A stretch of DNA of 64,000 bases, from assembly GCA_004431415.1 (NCBI GenBank), contig QPMI01000558.1:13922-77921 (forward strand), read 5' to 3'. The notes beneath the pieces are model-generated. The model did not search any database and was not told where the DNA came from. It saw only the letters and a list, made by a program, of their open reading frames with translations. Source of the stretch: Cyanophora paradoxa CCMP329. Lineage: Eukaryota; Plantae; Glaucophyta. The position numbers and the translations under genes are program-made. Below are positions 36,658 to 48,266 of the stretch, piece by piece. The first letter of the stretch is position 1. Each line of letters opens with the position of its first letter.

Positions 36658-38392
36658 ATGTCTGGCTTTGTGCTCGGTGCATGAGCTGGGCGCGCGTCTG
36701 CGTGCGATTCGACCTTACGCGCGCCCGCAGGAGCGGCCCTGACCCGCCCGGTGGCCTCGCGGCCGGGCGTGCCGTCCGTCTCGTGCTCGGCCGGCTGCCC
36801 GCTGCGGAGGCCTGCGACGCGTTTCTCCGCGGTAGGGCGTCGCAGGGACATCAGTTTCGGCTTCGGCGGCGGTGCCTGCCCCTGGCAAGCGTGTCGATCC
36901 CGATCCGCGTGACGGCGAGCCCGGGTCGCGTCGCAGGCCGTGGCCTGGTCATCTTCTGCGAGGACAAAGCGTCACCGGCGAGGAAGACGCAGCCGTCTTC
37001 TCCTCCCGCCTCCCCAAGCTCGCCGGCCACTCCTGCCTCTCCTGCAGCCGGTTCGTGGCTCGCGTGCAGCGCCGGACGCTGCAGCGCTGATGTCGCCGCG
37101 CGTACGCAGCGGCAAAGGATGCGGCGTCGGCCTTGAGCAAACGCCTGGAGCGGCTCCTCGTCTTCTTCGCGGACAAGGACCGCGACGCGTGGTACGGCCT
37201 CGTCGCGGCGAGCAAGAACTGGAACCAGGTGGGCGTCCCGTGCGCGCGCGACGCGCTGGGCGCGGCCTCACGGCGGCGGGCAGGTGCACGGCGACTTCCT
37301 GGACTTCCTGGCGGGCGAGCGGGCCAAGGGCAGCGAGGCCGCCGCACCCCTGGCCGTCATCGAGGCGCTCCTCGACGAGCTCCCGCGGGTGCGCAGGCCG
37401 CGTCGGCGAGGCGCGCGTCGCGCACTCGCGGCGGCTGACGGGAGGGCGTGCGGGTGCGGGGCAGATCGAGGGGAAGCTGCGGCGGTCGGAGGAGCTGCTG
37501 GAGGGGTTCATGCGGACGCGGGCGTCGCGGTGGCGGGAGTTCGTGGAGCGGCACGCGTCGGAGCTGGACGAGGAGTTCCTGCTGTACGTGAACTGCCGCA
37601 TCGAGCGGACGGAGGACTACAACGAGCGCCTCGACTACGACGTTGCCCTCACCTCCATCATCGACTTCGCCGAGCTCCTCAAGGGTCCGCCCCTCCCCGA
37701 TCCGATCCGCTTCCGCCGGGGCTTTTCCGAGCGCGCGGTCCGCAGCGGAGGAGAAGACGGCGGCGCTGCAGGTCGAGGGCGAGCGCGGCATGGGGAAGAT
37801 CGGGGTGCCCGAGGGCGGCGCCGGGCCCCGCTCGCACGGGGACGGCTACGAGAAGATCGACATCGACACCTCCATCGGGCGGGTGCAGGCGCCCTCGCCG
37901 CGGCTGGACCCGACGGAGGCGCCGGCCGGCTCGCTTGGGCGGGGCCTGGAGCGGGTGCGGCGGCTGTACCGGGCGCAGCCGGAGGGGAAGGGCCTGCAGC
38001 TGCCGCTGGAGGTGCAGATCGTGCAGTACATGCTGATGATCGCGGACCCGCTGGAGCGGCGGCTCGCGCTGCGCGACGTCTTCGTCCCCGACCGCGCCCT
38101 CAAGTGTGACCCCGAGCTCGAGGAGCTCTACTCCACCCCCGAGAACCTCCTCGCCGCCGTCGACGCCCTCGCCGAGTCCTACGAGAAGCAGCGCGGCGAC
38201 CCGGGCATCCGCAAGTACCTGGAGGAGAGCAACCTGCTCGAGTCGCTCGCCGCGCTCCGCGCCGACGTCCTCCGCTTCGTCGTCGAGGAGACGGGCGGCC
38301 TCCAGAACCCCCCGCCCGGCTACGGCGACGACGACGACGACGAGGGCGAGGGGCGGGCCGAGGGACCCCAGGCCCCCGCCCCGCAGGCCTGA
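36658..38392 (+). CDS. At4g37920/At1g36320 (CDB1/CDB1L)-like plastid protein
   Basis: WYGLVAASKNWNQV..ELLEGF..ELDEEFL and PLEVQIVQYMLMIADPLERRLALRDVFVP..LYSTPENL..LAESY match the family pattern as I recall it. Start MSGFVL plus a Ser/Ala/Arg-rich leader is transit-peptide-like; one apparent frameshift near 36875. Confidence 0.75.
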
Positions 38393-38582
38393 GCTCTCGC
38401 CGCCTTCCAGCTCTGCCCTCGGAATTCGTGTTTTTCGATCGGTCTGCGGAAGCCTTCCTTGGCTGCGGCGGCGGCCCGTGAGGCGTCTCTCCTGCTTGTC
38501 TTTGTACACAACCGTACTGAATCTGGTGGGGAGTGGGAGAGGGGGATCGGAGCGGGAGCGGGGAGTGGGGGCCAGGGGGTGC

Positions 38583-39911
38583 TCAGGGGACGAGGCCGGA
38601 GCAGCCGCTGTCGCTGCCGTAGTCGTAGCCGCCGGAGGGGCAGGCGGTGGGGACGACTACGGGGCTCGTGCGGGGCCCCACCTGCGGGGGCGGAGTCGGA
38701 CAAGGCGGCGCGGGGCCCAGAATACAAGCACGGGCGCACGTAGTTGACGGTGGTGGGGAGGAAGGAGGGGCCGTCGAGGTCGAAGACGTGCCACCAGTAG
38801 CCCTCGCCGGCGGCGGGGAAGGACCACCGCACGGTCGCGCTCTGCGTGTAGAGCGTCACCTCCACGCCGGCCGAGCGCATCGCCGTCGCCGCCTCGTGCG
38901 CGTAGCCCGGGAAGCAGTACGGCTCGCCCCCGTTCCACACGCAGTGGTCGGTCTGGTGGACCCAGTAGGAGAAGGTGCCGTTGGGGCGCTCGGAGGGGAG
39001 GGTCCCCGGGGCGGAGAAGGTGACGGTCTCGGGCTTGCGCGTCGTTGAGCGCATGATGTTGTCGACGTCGAGCGAGGCGATCATGTCGCCGTTCACGCAC
39101 GTCCGCCCCGACTCGCACGCCCAGTGCAGCTCGTACAGCGGCTCTCCGGGGCCCCGCGGGCACGACGCGCACGGGAACGTGCTGCCCCGCCTCCCGTCGG
39201 CGCTCCGGCGGCGCGGGGGCCGGCGGGCGGGAGGGCGGGGCGCCCGCACCTGGGCATGACGAGGTGGGCGTCCAGGTCCTCGGGCGGGCCGCTCTGCCAG
39301 CTGAGGACGACCTGCGCGGCGGCGGCGGCGGCGGCGGCTCAGCGGGCCGGCCCCGCACGCCCCCAGGCGAGCGGCACGCAAGCGGGGCGCGCCCTGAACT
39401 CGTTGGGCCCTAGGTTGGTGGACATGTAGAGGACGAGGAGCGGGCTCAGCACGGCCGTGTCCGACAGGTACGCCGGGATCGTCACCGTCTGCCCCCCGTG
39501 AGAAGGGACGGCGAGCGCGGCCGGGCGGGCGGGCGGGCGGCAGCAGGGGGGCGGGCGGGGCGCACGATGTTGACGGGGATGAAGCCGGTGCGGGTGCCGA
39601 TGGCGTGGTAGGCGCCCGGGGCGTAGCGGAAGGGGGCGATCTGGAAGGCCCCCTGGCTGTCCGTCGAGGTGCTCGTGGCGAGGAGCCCCGTCGCCGCCTC
39701 CACGAGCTGCACGGTCGCCGAGCCGACGCCGACGAAGGTCGCCGCGTTGTAGACGAAGCCCTGCACCGTGACCGCCGCCGGGGGCGTCGAGCAGTCCGTC
39801 CCCCGCCAGCCCCGCGTGCACACGCACGCCCCGTCCGACGGGTTGCAGTACCCGTTCCCCGAGCACGTCGTCGACGCGTTGCAGACTGCGAGCCCCGGCA
39901 TCAGCCCGCGT

Positions 39912-39942
<31 letters not shown>

Positions 39943-41393
39943 GGCGGGGCGGGCGCACAGGTCGAGCAGTTGGCGCCGAACCAGGTCGAGTCGCAGAGGC
40001 AGGAGCCGTCCGCGTTGCACTGCCCGTTCCCGGAGCACGTCGTTCGCGGCGTGCAGTCTGCGCCGCCGCCGGCCGTCAGGCACGGCGCTCTCGGGGCACG
40101 CGCGGATCGCAACAGAAGAAAGCGCACAGGTCGCCTTGCACGTGGCGTTGCTGCCGGGGCGGGGCGGGGCGGGGCGTGAGCGAGCGTACGCCCCGGGCGC
40201 AGCAGGACAAGGGGGCCCGCCCGCGCACCAACAGGAGAGAGAGCAGCTCGTCCATATGACACACTCGTCGTCGGAGATGGTCACGCAGCTGCCGCCGCCG
40301 CGCGGTCAGCGGGGTTGCGGCCCGGACCCAGGCGAGGCCGGGCGCGGCGGGGCGCGGCGCGCGAGGCAGGGGCCGGCGCACCCTGCGTAGGAGGAGAACT
40401 GGGTGCCGACGGGGGATAGGAAGGACTGCTGGAGCTCGGGGGTGCAGGGCCTGGCCGCCGGGTGCGAGTAGAGGGAGCAGCCAACGAACTTGCCCGCCGT
40501 GATGTTCGTCGGCACCGCCAGCCCGCCCGTGTACGGATTGCACAGCGCTGCGTGCCCGCGGGGTCAGCGCGGCGGTGGGGGCGGGGGCGGGGCGCGGGGC
40601 GCGGGGCCGCACGGAAGTAGGCGAAGGGGTTCTGCTCCTGGGCGGGCAGCGTGGGCGTGCGGGCGCCCTCGATGATGTTGAACTCGGCCTTGGGCCAGTC
40701 GAAGATGCAGACGTCGAGGCACTTGACGTAGATCGACGAGGTGACCCCCACGTCGACCGTGCACGTCGTGTTCAGCCGGTCCGTCCGCGCCACGTCCGCC
40801 TCCACTCCCCCGAACGTCGACGCTGCGCAGCTGCTCAGGCGAGTTGCCCCCCGCGGGGCCTGCCGGACGCACGGCGGATCGTGAAGTTGAACGAGTCAGT
40901 GACCCGCACGAGCGCCCCGTCCGTCGCAGTCTGCGCCGAGGCAGAGCTAAGCGCGGCAGCCTCGCGAGCGCGGGGAAGCTGCGAATACAGCACTCACCAC
41001 TGTGACGTTCGTAGTGCCCAGGACGTTGGGCGCGGGGAAAAGGATGATCTGAGGCCAAGAGCTCAGAGCTCGTTCGAAGGGGCCCGAGAGCGGGCGTCTT
41101 ACCGTACGCATGGAAGCGCTCCATCGACTTCTGACTATGTTCTGAGGGGGAACCATAGAAGCGTTGCCGACGGCGACCAGGAGGTCGATGTTCTGCAGTG
41201 CCGTGTCGTTGCTCGTGAGCTTGTACACCAGAGTGTAGCTCGGCCTATTCAAATAGGTCTCCTGATCACCAGCTCGTGTCATAGTCGTCAAGGCTGCTGC
41301 CTGCCCGAGCCATACTACGAGAAGTGCAACTAGCGGTATGCATCCACGGCGCCATTCCGCCTGGGCCACCGCCCAGGGCGACTTCGACCGCAT
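38583..41393 (-). CDS. Secreted EGF-repeat protein, paralogue A (Ig/cadherin-like, Cys-rich, 2x EGF, carboxypeptidase-regulatory-like, YfaP-like C-terminal domain)
   Basis: Signal-like PLVALLVVWLGQAAA; CSGNGQCNADGSCLCDSTWFGANCS; CSGNGYCNPSDGACVCTRGWRGTDCS; VVLSW..PEDLDAHL..LDVDN..PETVT..GTFSYWVH. Confidence 0.82.
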
Positions 41394-41757
41394 GTAGGGG
41401 ACCGGCGTGCCGTCGGGTGCGGTCAGCGTCGGCCCGACTCGTTCATTGCCACGGTATCGCCCTGCTCGCCGCCACTCGCCCACCCGGCTGCCGGGAAGGA
41501 TGCCTCGATGCTGCTTCCCTGTTTGTCTGCCGATGCTAGCGACCTGCCGCACTGCTGGGCCCTCCCTGCTGGCACCACCGCCTCCACGTCCGTTCGCCCG
41601 AGCCGCACGTCCCCCGCGGTCGCACAGCGTCCGATACTGCACTACACGTTCGCTGGATGTCAGCTGCGGCGGTGCTCCTGCCCGGGTGCGTTGGTCGCCG
41701 TGCTAGCTGGCAGGGGTCGCTTCTCAGGCAGGTTCGGTCTGCGGAGGGGAGGGGGCC
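41363..41757. repeat. 395-bp direct repeat copy 1 (upstream region plus first ~10 codons of EGF paralogue A)
   Basis: Matches 47457-47851 with 3 substitutions by eye. Confidence 0.95.
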
Positions 41758-41935
41758 GAATCGGGGTACAACACCGCAAGCTTGCAAGCCACTCGCCGAG
41801 TTTCGGACGACCTCTTTTAGCGCGTCTTTGCTCGAAGCAACGCAGAAGGTGACGGTTAACGCAGCCTGCTCTTCATCTGGGCGGTTCCCAGCATCTCGAG
41901 TTCCGGCCTTCACCAGCCCTTCACTGAGGCTAGCT

Positions 41936-42753
41936 ATGGGCGCCTTTGAATCGACCCCACGGGCTGGCAGTGCGCCGCCTTCGCCAGCGCGAGCTGGCCC
42001 GGACACCCAGCGAGGATGTTGTGTCCTGGGCGGTCCCAGCGGAACGCGGTCTAATCAGATTTACGTGTGAGCGTTGGATCTATCCGTCTGATTCGATTAT
42101 AACCGCGTGCTTACACAGCCGGCCTGGCTCGCAGAGCCTACTCTGTGTATGACGCGGCGGCCGTCAATCGCCTCGTCTCGGAGCTCGAGACGCGTGGCTT
42201 TGTGGTGCTGTGCGTTTGCGGCTATTGAGCGGCTCTCGAAAGCACGCAGACGAGCCGTGCAGGTTGGAGGAGAACGGGCTCCGGAACCCGACATTGGCCG
42301 GGCGCTCTCACCGATTTACGGACCAGGCTCTGGTCGAGGTGAGCGCCAGCATGCGAAGCTGCGAGTTAGGAACGCTCTCCGATGCGCTGCAGGGGGCGCG
42401 CTTCTTCGTCTACGTCCTGTCGAAGGACAGCATGAAGTCCACGGTTGCGCTCGAGGCCTACCGGCACGCGCTCCGAAGCAAGAAGGAGATTGTGCCCTTC
42501 TTGCTGGAGGCGCCGCGGGCGCTGGAGGCGCACATGCCGCCCGACATCCTCGCCCTCGTCTCTCGCACCGCAAAGCTCTTCATCGTCGGTGAGCCGCCGC
42601 GCGGCCTCGCAAGCGCCCGCGCTCTCTCTCTCTATCCGAGCCGTCGGCCGCCCGCGCGCAGACGCGGCGCACAAGATGACGGCGGTGCAGCTCACCGCGG
42701 AGCGCCTCGGGGACCACCTCGTCGAGACCGTCCGCCGCGAGCGCGAGCACTAG
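41936..42753 (+). CDS. Small TIR-only protein with predicted N-myristoylation
   Basis: MGAFES (MGxxxS); spliced QIYVAYSVYDAAAVNRLVSELETRGFVV..GARFFVYVLSKDSMKSTVALEAYRHALRSKKEIVPFLLE follows the TIR betaA-alphaA...betaC-alphaC-betaD pattern. Confidence 0.75.
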
Positions 42754-42941
42754 CCGGCTGGAGGCCCGGGGTAGACGCAGCCGGCCCCGCCTATCCCGAC
42801 CCGTCGTGCTTTATCTATCTTCTATGTGTCAAATGCCACGCAATTGCAATGTGCGATATGTTTGCCTGTCTGGACACTAAAAACAGGGATGAGACGTTTG
42901 GGAGCGAGGGAACGAGGGGGGTTTCGGTTGGCGAACGGACG

Positions 42942-45900
42942 TCACGGGCAGCCGTCGCCGCCGCCTGCGACAGAAGCCCACTGATCGTATCCTGCGCAGA
43001 GGCGATGAGCAAGAGCGCAGTGAAAGAGAAACCACGGAAGCGCGGACCAGCCTGGCAGGTGAAGGGGGGCAGCTGGGAGAGGGGCCGGGGCATGGGCTGC
43101 GCGCAGGGGTGAGGGGCCGGCCGGGAGTAAGCGGGGGGCGGGGCGGACGAGGTCGAGGGGGATGATGTCGAAGGTGGTGCCGTTGATGTCGAAGACGTGC
43201 CACCAGAAGGAGGAGACGTTGGCGCTCGCCTCGCGGCTGAAGACGTGCACCAGGCCGGCCGCCGTGTACACGTCGACGCGCACCCCGGAGGCCCCCATCT
43301 GGTTCCCGTTCTCGATCGTGTACGGCGCCGCGCACTCGAAGTACGAGTCGCAGCTGCGCGGCGGCGGGCGCCGCGGGCGGTGAGCGAGGGGCGCTGCGCG
43401 AGGCTGCGCGCGGCCCGGCGCACTAGGTGTACTGGTGGACCCAGTACTCGTAGATGCCCGGGTAGCGCCCGGAGATGGTCATCGTCTCGGGGCGCGCGCT
43501 CGAGGAGCGGTCCGTGTTGTCGACGTCGAGCGTGGCCGTGACGCTCGCGTTGTACGGCGCGTCGACGGGCTTGACGCTCTTGAGGGCCCAGAAGCACTCG
43601 CGGTAGGTCGCCGAGGAGCCGCGGGTGAGGAAGGGGAGGTAGAGGTGGGCGTCGAGGTCGTGGGGCGGGAAGGTGGTCCAGGACATGACGACGCGGAGCT
43701 GGTTGGGGCCGATCTCGGGCGTCAGGTAGACGTTGACGACGAGCGCCGGCGTGGCCGTCTGCGCGTAGAACTGCGACTCGGGCCACGGCACGTCGAAGAA
43801 GGCGGCGTCGTTGAAGACGAAGCCCGGCGCCGTCGCGTACAGCGCGTAGCGGCCCGGCCTGTACCGCCACCCGCCGATCGCGTAGGCGCCGTTCGCCTGC
43901 GTCGGGAAGCCCGTGGCGAGGATGTAGTCCGTGCTGGGCAGGGGGCCCCGGACGGTGATGGAGGCGCCCGCCATCGGCGTGCCCAGCACGGCGTTGATGA
44001 CCGTCCTGCGCCCCCGCCCTCGTCAGCGCCGGCGAGGCGCCTCGCCCCCGGGCGGCGGGCGGGCGCACCCCGAGATGGAGACGGGGGGCGGCTCGGTCTC
44101 GCAGCTCGGGCCCGTGAAGCCTTCGCGGCAGATGCAGGCGCCGGTCACCGGCTCGCACGAGCCCATGTTCTGGCACGTGTCCGTCGCGTTGCAGACTGCC
44201 GCGCGCGTCAGCGGAAGCGTGCGGGGCCAGCTACGGGGCTGGCCGCACATCGCGAGCAGTCGCTCCCGTAGTAGTACGGGTCGCAGGTGCAGCTGCCGTC
44301 GCCGTTGCAGGTGCCCTTCCCCATGCACGTGGTGGCAGCGAAGCAGTCTGCGGGGCGGGGGCGTGAGGGCCGCGGCGCGCCGTCGAATTCGGGAGGCCTG
44401 CGCACAGTTCTTCTGGCAGGTGGTGGCGTTGCAGCAGGGGAGGGCGCAGGACATCCAGATGGTGCACTCCTCGGGGGTCACCTGCACGCAGCCGGCCGCC
44501 GACGTCCACGAGTAGCCGTTGTTCGGCGTCAGCGCGATCGTGTGGACCGACATGTCGCAGTTCTTCACGTTCGGCGGCGTGTAGAAGCTGCAGCCCAGGA
44601 AGCGCCCCGCTGCGCCCCGGCCCTCGTCGGCGCGGGCCGGCGGGGCGGCGGGGCGCGGGGCGGGGCGCGGGCGGGGGCGCACGGGCGGTGAAGGGGGGGA
44701 GGTTGGAGGCGCCCTCCTTGGCGTCGCAGAGGGGGAAGTACATCATCTGGTTGCTCTCCCAGGCGCGCACGTCGTAGCGCTGCCCGACTCCCACGTTGTT
44801 CGGGTACGACGAGGGCCAGTCGAACGTGCACGTGTCCAGGCACTGCGCGCCCCGCGTCGCCACGAGCGCGAGCGGCGCCCCCGGGGCGGGGCACCCCCCC
44901 GCACCTCTATCCACACGGAGGAGTCGGCGGTGCGGTTGACGGTGCACGTCGCGTCGATGGGCGACAGGAGCTCCTGCCCGGGGGTCAGCCGCGCACGAGA
45001 GAAGGGGCGGGGCGGGGCGGGGCGGGGCGGGCCTGGCCGGCGCGGTGCGGGGCCTCGACCTCGACGCCCCCGAAGACCATGTCCTTGACGCGGACGGTGA
45101 AGGCATCCGAGGCGTACGTCGCGCACCCGTCCGTCACGCTCACGTTGACCAGCGAGCTCCCCGTCAGCGGCACCATCACCGTCGTCGTCGTCACGTTGCC
45201 CGTCGTCGAGTTGGTCGTCACGTTCTGCGGGACGAGGACCTTCGGGGGCGAGAGGACGATGGTGCGGTACGCCTCCGACCAGCCGGCCACCACCGCCGAG
45301 TTCACCGGCACCAGCGTCTTGTTCGACGACTCCAGCAGGAGGCTCATCGCGCTCAGCGCCCCCGCGCTCGCCCCCGTCAGCTTGTACACGACCGTGAGCG
45401 AGAGCCGCCCGCGGTACGTGACCTGCGCGCCGGCCGTTGGCGAGGCGCGGCGCGCGGCGGGGAAGCAAAGCGAAGCCAGGGCAAGCGCAGGGACCTGGTC
45501 GGTGGCGCGGGAGAGGTTGGCGGCGCGGGGCCCGACGGTGTAGAGCAGCGCGCCCCGCTCGGGGCCCGTCCCCAGGAGGCCCCCCACGAGGAAGGCCCCC
45601 TGCGCGTCGCTGAACACCAGGCCCCGCGGCTCCGCCGGGAGCGCCGCGCCGCCGCTGCCGTCCACCGAGCCGGCGCCGGCCCCGACGAAGCGGGCGGGGG
45701 CGCCCCCCGCGGCGGCGTCGAGGCTCCAGATGGACTTGCCGGGGCGCCCCCCTCGAGGGCGACGTAGAGGCGCCCCATCGCGTACGACACGGCCCGCGCC
45801 GCCGTCGAGGCGGCCCACTCCGCCGGCGCCGCGGCCACCGTCCTCACCGCCCCCGTCGCCACCTCCACCGCCCGGATGCGCGACGAGCCGGCCGCGGGCG

Positions 45901-47487
45901 TCTCCTGCGGCACCCCCGCTCGCGGGCCGGCGGGACGGAGAGGGGCGCCGGGCCGGGCGGGGCGGGGCGCACGGGAAAGTAGAGGAAGGCGCCGGCCGCG
46001 TCCGCGTCCATCCCGTACACGTCCGCCGCCAGGTTCAGCCCTGCCCGCCCCCTCCCCTCGCTCCGGCGCCCGGCCGGGGGCACATGCGGCGGGGGGCGGG
46101 TGCGGACCGGCGGAGGCGCCGGTCGCGTCGGCGGAGCCTGCGGTGGCGCCGCCGGCGAGGAGGGCGACGGCCGACGTGGCGAGGTCCACGCGGTAGAGGG
46201 CGTGCCGGGCAAGCACGTACAGCGACCCCGCCTCCGCTGCGCCGCCCCGCCCCTCAGCGGCGACCGTCGGCGGGGAGCTCGCGGGCGGCGCACCCTTCAG
46301 GTACAGCCCCTGCGCGAGCGAGAGGCGGTCCGTGCGTGAGCGGGGCCGGGCGCGAGCGAGAGCAGCGCGGGCGGGGGCGATGGCGCACGGTGGGACGGGT
46401 GAACTGCACGGCGGAGCACGTGGCTCCCGCCGCGTCGGAGCCCCCGCTGCGCCCGAGGCTCAGCCGAGGTCGCCGATGCGGGAGACCCGAGCGAGCGGAC
46501 CCGCAGATTGTCGTGACCTCCCCCGACGGTATGCTCACCGCCCTGATCAGCCCCGACGGCGCCGCGTCTGATGCGCGTCAGCACAAGCACGCAGGGACGG
46601 CGCAGCGCAGAGGCGCACCCGAAACGAACGCCAGTGTGCAATCTGCTGAGAGCACGACCCCCTGCGGCAGAGCGCGAGTCAGCTGCCGAACAGTGGCGCG
46701 GGGAGGCGGGTCGGGAGGACGCACGACTGGAGCTCCGAAGCACGCAGTGGTCCTGCGACCGCTCAGCGTCAGCACTGCATACAGAAGGGGCGCTCGTTCG
46801 AGCCCGAGGGGCCTCGGCCGCACCCATTGCCTGCGCAATCGATACGGGGTCAGGCGCTGCGTGCGGCGTGAGGCGGGCAGGAGGCGGCAGGCCGCACCGT
46901 CAGTCTGGTTTCCGGTTGCGCCGCAGCCGGCGACGTGCGAGATGTAGGCGCTCGCGTTGTTGAAGGGCCTGGGCGCAGCGATGAGCGCCGGCGCTCGCCG
47001 AGGCCCCGGGCGGGCGCGCACCCGTCGATTCGCAGCAAGTTGCCGGAGGTCGTCTCAACGGCGAGCGCGAAGTCTGCTGAGGGGCAGTAGGCGACCCCGC
47101 CGAGGGACCCGAAGCCGACGCCCTCGGGGCAGTACAAGCTGGTGGGGAAGATCGTCGTGTTCGCGATGCGGCTCGTGTTGCCGGTAATGTTCATCATCTG
47201 GACGACGCGGCTGGGGTAGAAAGGGACGAAGGGCCCGCCCGTGCTGTTCGATGAGCATGTTGAGCCCGTTGTTGCTATGCAAGGGCACTGTGTGCAGGCT
47301 GCAGGCGCGCGAGATCAGCAATCGGACAAGTGCGACTTAACAGAACGAACGAGTGCTTACCGGGCGGCCTGACAAAGGCCCAAGCTATGTGGAGCAACGA
47401 GGCGAGGAGCAGGACATGTATTGTCCAGCTGCAACCCGCCTTCACAGCTCCTACCCGGGCCACCGCCCAGGGCGACTTCGACCGCAT
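42942..47487 (-). CDS. Secreted EGF-repeat protein, paralogue B, with an extra N-terminal NHL-like beta-propeller
   Basis: Signal WTIHVLLLASLLHIAWA; NHL-like blades (GGVAYCPSADFALAVE; ALYRVDLATSAVALLAGGATAGSADATG; RIRAVEVATGAVRTVA); then the same domain order as paralogue A (CMGKGTCNGDGSCTCDPYYYGSDCS; LRVVMSWTTFPPHDLDAHL..LDVDN..PETMTI..GIYEYWVHQY). Confidence 0.82.
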
Positions 47488-47851
47488 GTAGGGGACCGGC
47501 TTGCCGTCGGGTGCGGTCAGCGTCGGCCCGACTCGTTCATTGCCACGGTATCGCCCTGCTCGCCGCCACTCGCCCACCCGGCTGCCGGGAAGGATGCCTC
47601 GATGCTGCTTCCCTGTTTGTGTGCCGATGCTAGCGAGCTGCCGCACTGCTGGGCCCTCCCTGCTGGCACCACCGCCTCCACGTCCGTTCGCCCGAGCCGC
47701 ACGTCCCCCGCGGTCGCACAGCGTCCGATACTGCACTACACGTTCGCTGGATGTCAGCTGCGGCGGTGCTCCTGCCCGGGTGCGTTGGTCGCCGTGCTAG
47801 CTGGCAGGGGTCGCTTCTCAGGCAGGTTCGGTCTGCGGAGGGGAGGGGGCC
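47457..47851. repeat. 395-bp direct repeat copy 2 (upstream region plus first ~10 codons of EGF paralogue B)
   Basis: Offset 6094 bp from copy 1; near identical. Confidence 0.95.
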
Positions 47852-48266
47852 AGATTGGGGTACGTCGTCACAAGCACTTGCAAAGCCGGGCCGTGCACCC
47901 GCCAGGTTTCGGGCGGGCGTCCCAGCGGTAGGAACCACCTCAGAAACGCAGCTTTATTCTTTTCCGTGGATGCGCGCGCATTGTGGACCGAGCCCGCTTA
48001 TTGCAGATCGAGAGCCGCAGTCTTAGTGCCGGCACGGGCGTTTCTGTCTGGTTTCGAGGGGCTGTTAAGTGTTCTTCTGTTCCAGCGGTGAAGGCTCACG
48101 GCAGGGCCGCTAGATACACGTTTCCGTCGGATACGCCTTGCTTCCCCCTCGATTCCATTCACACCTAGTCTATAGTAGGCATCCCGCGCGCGCCAGGCGG
48201 TTACAGCAGCAAACCAGCTGAGTGAGGGAGCAGTTACGCTGTGTCTCTGCGCGGGCAGGCCTCAAG

